DNA of 62,969 nt, counting the filler. It is 8 parts of 8 records of this genome, joined end to end, with 100 filler letters (N's around TTAATTAATTAA, not from the genome) between each part and the next. Parts side by side here need not be neighbours in the genome. Positions count along the whole stretch, not along the records: positions 1 to 14,509 come from SRR31156797_8016; positions 14,610 to 22,182 come from SRR31156797_8025; 6 more parts are not named here. One strand, 5' to 3'. Positions 9,243 through 17,700 of this stretch are shown piece by piece. Positions within the stretch are counted from its first letter, which is position 1; every line of letters starts with the position of its first letter. The position numbers and the translations under genes are program-made. The notes beneath the pieces are model-generated. The model saw only the letters and a list, made by a program, of their open reading frames with translations. It made no database searches and was not told where the DNA came from.

Positions 9243-10151
9243 TTGATCAAAAAAATTATATTCTTAATCTTCATATTCTTTGGAATGGCTCTAAACATAG
9301 GATGTGAAAGTATTCAGTATGGATATGAAGACACCTATGCGTATACTGTCTCTAAAGACACATACTTTGATGACTTTGAATTTCGGGACTACTTGAGAAG
9401 ATATTCAAAGCTATACAAAGAATACAATGCAAACAAAACAGTCGAGGTCGATTCGCAAGCTGCTGTGGCAGGACCAGCTCTTTCCGGTCTTATGGGTGCG
9501 GCTTCTCCCCCTCCCGGATTTACCAATCTTGCGGGAGGACTTTTAAATTTCTTATTTTGGTCTGGAACAAAAGTTTACCCATACCAGTTCCCGAAATTTT
9601 TTATCTGGGATAAATCTAAGTCCGAAGATACCCCTGAAAAAATCAATAAGGCAATTTCAGAACAGTTCTCCATTGCTGTTAAAGCGGAAGTCGAAAAGCG
9701 CAAACTGTTTTTAGGCTATAATTCGGAAATGACGAAAGAACTAAGCGAGGACGGTAAAATAGTTCTAGCGTTCAATAACGGGCAGAAAGATAGGGAGACA
9801 CCAATCTATTGTCGCATAGGTCTGGAACCAGTATATGATCTCCCTAAAAAAGAAAATTCCCCAAAAGGATTTGGTCCCAATGAGTCTTGGCATACAGCAG
9901 GGCCAATTGGAGGGTATTGCTTCTATCACACGGAAGCAATGTTTGGGTACAATACAAAAGGATATCCGTTCCCTTTTGCTAACTTTGAATTTTGGTTAAG
10001 CTTAAGCAAACGCCTGCCTTCTAATTTCTTTATTTATCTGGCTCCTGCGGGGAAATATTATTACTGCAAGTTTGAAAACGGCGAAAAACTAATGCACCCT
10101 GTCGTACTCAACCAAGGGCAACCCCACTGGTTCTATCCCGGTGCTAAGTAG
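9243..10151 (+). CDS. Hypothetical exported protein or lipoprotein
   Basis: 302-aa ORF with an N-terminal hydrophobic signal ending NIGC. No family recognised. Confidence 0.7.
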   Translation: MIKKIIFLIFIFFGMALNIGCESIQYGYEDTYAYTVSKDTYFDDFEFRDYLRRYSKLYKEYNANKTVEVDSQAAVAGPALSGLMGAASPPPGFTNLAGGLLNFLFWSGTKVYPYQFPKFFIWDKSKSEDTPEKINKAISEQFSIAVKAEVEKRKLFLGYNSEMTKELSEDGKIVLAFNNGQKDRETPIYCRIGLEPVYDLPKKENSPKGFGPNESWHTAGPIGGYCFYHTEAMFGYNTKGYPFPFANFEFWLSLSKRLPSNFFIYLAPAGKYYYCKFENGEKLMHPVVLNQGQPHWFYPGAK

Positions 10152-10203
10152 CCAGTTTCTCTCCACATATTAAAATCTATCTATACTGACATTATCAATT
10201 TAG

Positions 10204-10233
10204 AAGGCCTAGTCGGCGTGCCGATTAGGCCTT
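10204..10233. terminator. Hairpin between convergent genes
   Basis: AAGGCCTAGTCGGC-GT-GCCGATTAGGCCTT. Confidence 0.7.
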
Positions 10234-10309
10234 ATTTCATTTGTTTTCCCAATATTACGGAGAGCCACAAAACCCACCTCAAATGAGTCAAGCATGCTGC
10301 ATCCATAAA

Positions 10310-10843
10310 TCAGAATACGCTCCTCCCCATAGATCTTTCCTCTTTCATGGACTTGGCCTCTCTAATCAATTTATCTTCAGTCATCCCCTTATTCAGGACT
10401 TTAACTTGTTTCAGCCCATACTTCTTCTCCAGCTTTCGCATAACTTCCATATTTCGCCGCCTTGAAAACCGATCGCTCCAGACATCACGTCCATCACGAC
10501 TTATACGGTTAGCAATCAAATGATAATGAACCCGTCCTGTCTCAGTGTGCTTGTACAGGCAATATTCATGCTTCTGAGGGTCCATTTTCATTTCTCGCAT
10601 ATAATCCTCGGCTAGGTAACGTGGGTTCTTGATGACGTCACCTTTGGCAGGGTTAAGAGAGGCGTGGAAAACTACTTTTTTCGCACGCCCCTCATACATA
10701 TCACGAGTCTGGTTAAACTCCTTGGACAACTCTGCCGGACTTGCACCAAGCATATTCGTTGCCTCCAGACTCGCACCCATCTTTTCAGCACAATACCGGA
10801 CACAACCACCAAAGCCTTTTCCTTGGGTAATGTTTCCAATCAT
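10310..10843 (-). CDS. MOBP-type relaxase (minimal, 177 aa)
   Basis: N-terminal GKGFGGCVRY (catalytic Tyr), VFHASLN and HUH motif HTETGRVHYHLIANRI. Confidence 0.9.
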   Translation of the reverse strand: MIGNITQGKGFGGCVRYCAEKMGASLEATNMLGASPAELSKEFNQTRDMYEGRAKKVVFHASLNPAKGDVIKNPRYLAEDYMREMKMDPQKHEYCLYKHTETGRVHYHLIANRISRDGRDVWSDRFSRRRNMEVMRKLEKKYGLKQVKVLNKGMTEDKLIREAKSMKEERSMGRSVF

Positions 10844-11196
10844 TGAGTTACCTGCGAACGGATATCTTTTATGAGCCGAACAACATTATTAAGCCAGTCG
10901 ATTTGAGCCCCACTTAAACTGCGCTCCCCTTCTCTGGCCTGAATTACGATCACCTTGATTAACCCGCCGATCTTTCCAAGCTCGGCTACAGTCGCTTTAT
11001 TCACTTCTGGCAGGAAAGTAACACGACTTTTGAAGGCCATGTCCCGAAATAAATGACTAACTTTTTTGCCTGATCTCTGGGCTAATTTTTCTACCCGCAG
11101 ATACTCTTTTTCCGTCAAAGAGATATTGATTTGACGGCTGCGTTTCTCTTTATCTGGGAGAGGAGGACGGCCCCCTTTTCTATATTTGGAACTCAT
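10840..11196 (-). CDS. mobC: MobC/MobA ribbon-helix-helix relaxosome accessory protein
   Basis: GGRPPLPDKEKRSRQINISLTEKEY...ELGKIGG. RBS AAGGAG precedes the ATG at 11196, and the stop overlaps the relaxase start. Confidence 0.82.
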   Translation of the reverse strand: MSSKYRKGGRPPLPDKEKRSRQINISLTEKEYLRVEKLAQRSGKKVSHLFRDMAFKSRVTFLPEVNKATVAELGKIGGLIKVIVIQAREGERSLSGAQIDWLNNVVRLIKDIRSQVTQ

Positions 11197-11223
11197 GTGG
11201 GTCTCCTTCTTTTTCGAGGGGGA

Positions 11224-11278
11224 CCGGGGGAGCTTAGCTCCCCCGGCAAGCGTTTTGCCTAGGCAAAACACAGCTTGC
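11224..11278. promoter_or_regulatory. Candidate oriT
   Basis: Two adjacent inverted repeats directly upstream of mobC: CCGGGGGAGCT-T-AGCTCCCCCGG and GCAAGC-GTTTTGCCTAGGCAAAAC-ACA-GCTTGC. CTTGC resembles MOBP nic cores. Confidence 0.65.
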
Positions 11279-11328
11279 TCCCTCTTAATAGGACGGAACT
11301 ATATAGTCAGTATTTCTTTAATCTTTGA

Positions 11329-13062
11329 CTACAGAATCTGCCTTTCCAGTTCGAAAACCCATTCAGCAAGAACATCTTTAGGAAACCTTTTTTCCAAGGC
11401 TTGTCTCTCCCAATGAAGCTTAGTCACCGCAGGTACACCTGATATACGAATAAACCCTTCTGCTCCACCTCTTGGTAGATCGCGGGAATGCCGAAGACTT
11501 TCAAGCTCTCCGGGGTTAACTACAGTCTCACGCACAATGGAATAATTCTGCGAGTTTTTGTTACTCATGAATTCACCTCCAGCGAACTGCTTTCCTGTCG
11601 CTTTCACTTCGGCCTCACAAAAACCAAGACTTTGCGCTGCAAGATCTGCATTTTTATGATCATTCGCTCTAAGCCAAATCTGGTTATTGCACTGGTTTAT
11701 AAACGTATGAGCTTCATTCTTTCCATAAACATCATATAGCTGTGTCACATCTTGAGTCGCCACAACACACCTTAATCCACGATCTCGACCAAGAGTCAGT
11801 CCGCGCTTAAGATTCGGAATTTTGGGAAAATTGGACAACTCGTCCATAATTAGCCAAACCCGATGATCATCTTCTGGCATTTGCAGCATACGTTTAATCG
11901 CAAGAGCAGCCATCGAAACGCACATCGCTGTCGAAAAGCTATGAAAGGTCTCATCCACACGGAGAACCAAAACACCACCATCTTTTTTCTCAAGCCAATC
12001 CGTTAAGCAAAAATCAGGATTATCTCCAAATGCAGACTGAGCATCTCGAATCCATTTTCCAACACTCCCTTGAAGTGTTGTCCAAGTGGCCTGAGTTTGA
12101 TCACTTCCTCTGTTAATGGCATCTAGAGCAGTTCTCGCTGATTCATATCTGTGAAGTAGACCCGGGAGCCACTCTCCTTCGCCTTCCCTGCCAATCAACT
12201 TTTCCTGCGAAATGGTATATTCTTTTAACTTATCCCATGACAGCTGGCCGTCGTTCAACAGACAAGTCAAAATTGCCGTGAATATAATTTGAGCCTGCTC
12301 GACAAAGAAGTCTTCCTTTCCTGCTCCACCTTCAGCCTTCTCTTTGAAGACAAATGAAGAAGCCAAGAGCTCACAATCTTTGCTGTTTCTTATTTCGCGT
12401 AACAGATCCCATTTGACTGAGCGTTCATCCCAAGGAGCCATAATATCGACATTTTCATAGCCAGCTAAGGCTTCAGTGAAATCTCCTTTGACATCAAACA
12501 GAATAACCTTATCGCCTCGCTGTATTGTTTGCTTAATGATACTCGATAGTATTGCGCTCGTCTTAGCAGCACCAGTTGTCCCTATGCAGCTAATGTGCTC
12601 TGTTTCTGCCTCACGCGATAGCTGCACTTGTGGATGAATGAAGATGCCGGAACTAAAGCGTTTGTTTTTCTTATTCCCGGAATTCACTATTTTTGAATAT
12701 TTTTTTGCAGAAACGAACTGCATTCCACTCACGACCGATTTACTAACGTTGCTTTTCGTTATCCGTGTACTCAAAAAGTAAATGGCTAAAACAAAAATAC
12801 TAGCAGCCCCAATCAGAGCGATAAATATATAGCTCTTTTCAACAGGCCAGTTATAAATTTCGCCATAGACATATATAGCATCGTTATGAACCTTAATTAG
12901 CCATTCTGGAGCCAAATTTATTTCGTAAAGCCACTGAGTTAAATTAATAAACGGCAAATAGAAGTACCATCCTCCCCAGTGACCTGCGAGGAATTTAAAA
13001 GCAAATTCTCCAGCAAATAGGGAAACAAACAATGATGCTAACAAGATCTTAAATATTTTCAT
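11329..13062 (-). CDS. Type IV coupling protein (TrwB/TraD family)
   Basis: N-terminal TMs, Walker A GTTGAAKT, FDVKGDF, Walker B WLIMDEL and ATQDVTQLYDVYG. Confidence 0.9.
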   Translation of the reverse strand: MKIFKILLASLFVSLFAGEFAFKFLAGHWGGWYFYLPFINLTQWLYEINLAPEWLIKVHNDAIYVYGEIYNWPVEKSYIFIALIGAASIFVLAIYFLSTRITKSNVSKSVVSGMQFVSAKKYSKIVNSGNKKNKRFSSGIFIHPQVQLSREAETEHISCIGTTGAAKTSAILSSIIKQTIQRGDKVILFDVKGDFTEALAGYENVDIMAPWDERSVKWDLLREIRNSKDCELLASSFVFKEKAEGGAGKEDFFVEQAQIIFTAILTCLLNDGQLSWDKLKEYTISQEKLIGREGEGEWLPGLLHRYESARTALDAINRGSDQTQATWTTLQGSVGKWIRDAQSAFGDNPDFCLTDWLEKKDGGVLVLRVDETFHSFSTAMCVSMAALAIKRMLQMPEDDHRVWLIMDELSNFPKIPNLKRGLTLGRDRGLRCVVATQDVTQLYDVYGKNEAHTFINQCNNQIWLRANDHKNADLAAQSLGFCEAEVKATGKQFAGGEFMSNKNSQNYSIVRETVVNPGELESLRHSRDLPRGGAEGFIRISGVPAVTKLHWERQALEKRFPKDVLAEWVFELERQIL

Positions 13063-13909
13063 TTTTAGCCTCCGCATAGCTGAGAACAAAGTCAATTGGG
13101 ATGGAGCGATCTTCTACCTTTAAATGTGTGAGTTCTCTCTCACGTAAAGTCGAAAGGAATTTATCAGCGCCATATTTGTTGATAAGTTCATCAAGTAAGG
13201 AAGCCCAATCCTCATAAGTATTTTTATGGTTATCTATAATATTGAAAGCTTCTTTTTTTAAACTTTCGATGTCACCTAGCCCTTGCTCAAATTTCTTTTT
13301 AACAGCAGTGGCCCATCCACTAGGGTTATCCTTTTGACTCGCAACGATCTGGATCATTTTTTCGAGATCCTCATCGAGTGTTGGACTTGAATGAGCAAGA
13401 AAAACGCAACCACCTTCTTCGCAAACAGAACGTTGTTTTTGTGGTGTTATTTTTTCGGAGTTACTTGGTATAGTAGGCTCTTTTGTCCGGTTAACTCGGC
13501 CATTATTACCACTTTGGTCGGCCTTATGTGCTAGGCAGTCCGGCATAAATGGCAACTGGAAGAACACATTATGGAGAACAAAAAAATAGTTATTACTCCT
13601 ATGAGAACAGCCAGAATTTATTAAAATAAATCCTTTCTTTTTAAGACCAAAAAGAGCTCTTCTTATCGTCCTACCGCTATACCCAGACTGTTCTGCGATA
13701 GTCTTCTGTTTAGGAAAGCATTCGCCATCGTAGCCAGCATAAAGAGCTAAAATTCTCCATACTTCGCGCTCAGATGGTGTTAGCAACTTTCTTTGTTTAC
13801 GCATAAAATCAATAATACCATTCCCGAAACAAAGTAATGGAATGATAATAAAACACGTATCCTGCTTTTTATCTCCAACAACCGTTGTCATATCTTTTTT
13901 ATTACTCAT
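13049..13909 (-). CDS. Winged-HTH replication initiator-like protein
   Basis: CFPKQKTIAEQSGYSGRTIRRALFGLKKKGFI (HTH_36-like); lies between xis and the T4CP. Confidence 0.7.
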   Translation of the reverse strand: MSNKKDMTTVVGDKKQDTCFIIIPLLCFGNGIIDFMRKQRKLLTPSEREVWRILALYAGYDGECFPKQKTIAEQSGYSGRTIRRALFGLKKKGFILINSGCSHRSNNYFFVLHNVFFQLPFMPDCLAHKADQSGNNGRVNRTKEPTIPSNSEKITPQKQRSVCEEGGCVFLAHSSPTLDEDLEKMIQIVASQKDNPSGWATAVKKKFEQGLGDIESLKKEAFNIIDNHKNTYEDWASLLDELINKYGADKFLSTLRERELTHLKVEDRSIPIDFVLSYAEAKNENI

Positions 13910-13922
13910 CTTCGAATCTCTC

Positions 13923-14114
13923 TTATACTTCTATATACGAATCGATTGTTTCAACGGTACAATCAGTTATAAACTCATCTAAATCATCCATTGAATATAA
14001 AACTCTACTGCCTATTTTTTTATACCTAGGACCCTTTCCATAACTTCTCCACACTTCAAGTGTGTTTGGTCTTAAACCAAGGTACTCAGCAGCTATAATT
14101 GTATCAAGCAACAT
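13923..14114 (-). CDS. Excisionase-like HTH protein
   Basis: AAEYLGLRPNTLEVWRSYGKGPRYKKIGSRVLY; RBS GAAGGAG. Confidence 0.88.
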   Translation of the reverse strand: MLLDTIIAAEYLGLRPNTLEVWRSYGKGPRYKKIGSRVLYSMDDLDEFITDCTVETIDSYIEV

Positions 14115-14258
14115 AAAAACTCCTTCATATAAAACACATCTAATTGTTTAATTATAATTATAAACAAAGAATCAACATCACATACGCTATCTAAAATCTA
14201 TGCAAGAATGCAAAAGATCAGATACTTATATAGTTATTAACTAATTAATATTAGTAGT

Positions 14259-14509
14259 ATGTTGTGACGGCACAAAACCGTAGGTTTGCAACTGTATGCA
14301 GAAGAAACAGATACAATATGTTGGAGTGGCACAAAGCCAATAGATTCGCAGTTACCTGAAAAACAGATAAATGCGTGATGTTGAAATGGCAAAAGCCATG
14401 ATAGCGTAAACGTCTGAAAACAAACAATTACGTTAGATTATGATGACACAAGTGCCAAAAAAGCAGTTGCGTTAGGTTATGGCGGCACGAAGCCGTGGGG
14501 ACGCAAGTG
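14259..14509 (-). repeat. Degenerate tandem array of ~59-nt structured units (at least 5; truncated by contig end)
   Basis: Units start at 14259, 14318, 14378, 14435 and 14474. Each has a YGGY-(TTTGT)-GYCR hairpin on the minus strand, and a second hairpin lies between them in the three full-length units. Confidence 0.75.
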
Positions 14510-14609
14510 NNNNNNNNNNNNNNNNNNNNNNNNNNNNNNNNNNNNNNNNNNNNTTAATTAATTAANNNNNNNNNNNNNNNNNNNNNNNNNNNNNNNNNNN
14601 NNNNNNNNN
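14510..14609. other. Artificial contig linker (also 22183-22282, 30794-30893, 37067-37166, 46914-47013, 52140-52239, 57399-57498)
   Basis: 100-bp N runs containing TTAATTAATTAA (stops in all frames). Composition changes across the linkers. Confidence 0.99.
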
Positions 14610-14748
14610 TACCTCAGTTTCTCCCTCTTAGCTCTTCTTCTTCCCTTCTTTTACTAGTTTTTAAAACCTTGTATATTAATTATTTTATTTTACTTCAATG
14701 TAATGTAAAATCATATATTATTATTAAAATAATATCATTAGGTTTGTT

Positions 14749-17700
14749 TTGTTTGAAGAAAAAAAATTAGAGTATTTAGATTTTACATACAACAACTTTA
14801 ACATATATACTGCATCAGATAAAAATAAAAATAAATATATAGTAAAAACAACAAAAGATTTGTATTCTAATAGAGATGATATTTTATTATTAGAAAACGA
14901 ATATAATATATTGAAAAAATTAACTAATAAAAGATTATTATTACCACTTGATATTGAAAAGTATGATAATAGAATTTATTTATATTTTGAATATTTTGAT
15001 GGTTTTAGTTTAAGACATTTTTTTAATAATATAAATAGTACTCAACTTCTTAAGTTTTTATCTATATCAATTAAAATTATAGAGGTATTAAATTACATAC
15101 ATAAAAATAGGATTATTCATAATTTTATTAATTGTAATTCTATTTTAATAAATAAAGATTTTAGCGAAATAAGACTTGTTAATTTTGAATATAGTTTTTA
15201 TTTAAATAATTCTGATATAAAACCTTTTATTAATAATGGAATATATACTGCTCCTGAACAAACGGACAGAATAGATTTAAATCCTAATGAAAAAACAGAT
15301 ATTTATTCATTAGGTGTGTTGTTTTATGAATTGATAATTGGTCAAGATAATTATAGTGAAATGTTTAAAGATATTTCTACTTATGATATAGTTGCAAAAG
15401 AGTTACCAAAACTTTCAAGTATCAAAAATGATTTCCCTGAACTTATATCTAATATCATACATAAAATGATTGTTAAAAATCCTGATGATAGATATGATAG
15501 TCTTTTATCATTACTTATTGATTTAAAAAAAGCTTTTAATCAATTGACAAAATCAAAACAAATAGATAATTTCCCTTTAGATACTTTAAAAAAAGATTTT
15601 TTAACTGGGAACAAAAATTTGTTTTTTGGTAGAGATGAAGAAATAACATCTTTTTTAATAAATTTTTCAAATGATAAAGATACTAATCAACTATATGTTA
15701 TTTCTGGAAAGTCTGGAACAGGAAAAACAACTTTTATAAAAAAAGGTATTGAATATTATAAAAATAGTTTTAATCTTATAGAAGTGAAATTTGATAACTA
15801 TAAACAATATATACCTTATAAAACTTTATTTAACAGTTTTAGAACTTTGTGTAAAGAGATTTTGATAAAAGACAAATCTGAATTATTACATTGGAAAAGC
15901 AAACTTTTAGTTAGTATTGGTGAAGAGATACAAGTTTTATTTGACTTTATTCCTGAATTAAAAACAATAGTTGGTGAACAAGATTCAATTGAAGTATTGA
16001 ATCTTGTAGATTCAAAAAATAGATTTAACAATATACTTATAAAATTTTTACAGCTTTTTGCTACTAAAAAAAATCCATTAATCATATTTTTAGATGATAT
16101 GCAGTGGAGCGATAATATTACACTTGAATGGCTTGATAGTTTTATTCAAAGAGTTTCTTATGTAAAAGTTGTTTTAACATATAGAGATAATGAAGTTGAT
16201 AAAAATTCATTGTTATTAAAAAAAATAAAAAGCATAAAAAAATCAGCAGTAAGAGTTTTTGAATACCATATAAAAGAGTTAACTAAAGTTAATATAGAAA
16301 ATTTAATTACTACAAATATTGAGCTAAATAATTCTAGTTTATTTTCTACTCTTGTTTATAAAAAAACTGGAGGTAATGCATTTTTTGTAATTCAATTTTT
16401 AAAAGATTTGTTATATGAAAAAGTTTTGTATTTTGACGAAGAGAAATTAACTTGGAATTATGATGTTGAAAGACTAAATAAAGTTAATGCAAAAAGTAGT
16501 ATTATCGAGTTTCTTGAAAAAAGAATTTCTATTTTAAGTGATAATGAAATTTTACTATTGCAAATTGCATCTTGTGTTGGAAATCTATTTTCATATAAAA
16601 TTCTTAAAAACATTACTAAATTAGATGATGATTTTGATAATACTTTAAAGATGTGTTTAGATAATGAGTGGATTTCAAAAAGTGGGTTAGTTGATAATAA
16701 ATATTTTCAATTTTCCCATGATAGAATTCAGCAAGTTTTTTATTCATCTATAAATGAAAAAACTCTTATTTCTTTTCATAAGTTGATTGGTGATTTCTAT
16801 TATAAAGATTTTAAAAGTAGGAACGAAGAAAATCTTTTATTGTGTGTGAACCATTATAACAAAGCGAAAAAACATTTTATTGAAAACTCAAAAACAAAAA
16901 CTCTAGGAAAGCTTAATCATAAGGCTTCATTATTAGCTAGAAAAAATGGAGATTTTGAATTATCAGACAGTTATATAAATAAACTGTTTGAGTTTTATAA
17001 TGGAATAGAAACTGATATAAATTATGGAGAATACTTAAAAGATTATGCAGTTTGTAAACACTTAATTTATAATCAAACTAAAGCAATAGAGTTTTACTAT
17101 AAAGCTCTGGATAATTGTAATGATGATTTAAAAAAAGCATATATTTATGAGCAGCTGATAAAACTTTATAGTGATTTTTCAGATTTTGAAAGTGCTTATA
17201 AAATAGGGAAAAAAGCTTTAAGTTTATTTGATATTTTTATACCTAGTGGATTTAATCCTATTCTTTTTGTAAAAGAATTTTTAGAACTAAAAATCAAACT
17301 AAGTGGTAAAAATACAGAAGACTTACTAAAGCTAAAAGAAGCAGAAGATGAGAGAGTTATTATTGCTATTAAACTATTATCTTGTGTATTAAAAGCAGCT
17401 TATCAAATAAAACCCCAGCTATGTGTTCTAGTTGCAATGAAAGTTGTGAAAGCTTGTATTAAGTATGGAGATACAAAAGACGCAGTAATTGGCTTTATGG
17501 TTTTTGGAATAATCTTTCAAGGAGCAGTGTTGGGTAATCATAAATTGGGATATGATTATGCAATGCTATCTTTAAATATGATAAAAAAATATAAAAATTC
17601 AATTTTAGAACCAGAGGTTAAATTTGTTTCTGGTTATTTTGGATTATCTTGGATTAATCCTACTTCAATTACAGAAAAAAACTGGAATGAATCTTATAAA

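Larger units (their letters stand above)
1..14509. mobile_element. Integrative mobilizable element (IME) at tRNA-Pro carrying type I-C CRISPR-Cas; far end and integrase not in contig
   Basis: tRNA 3' end and arm-like repeats at one end; relaxase, MobC, oriT-like inverted repeats, T4CP, HTH Rep and excisionase at the other. No Mpf genes seen. Confidence 0.7.

Noticed and set aside
14432-14477. GTTAGAT and GTTAGGT match the attC core GTTRRRY within the hairpin array
   Set aside because: The other units lack the core, there is no paired RYYYAAC and no cassette ORFs.
14510-14609. TTAATTAATTAA palindromes, and any gene neighbourhood spanning the N runs
   Set aside because: Artificial linkers. 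Adjacent contigs come from different organisms, so cross-linker associations are meaningless.
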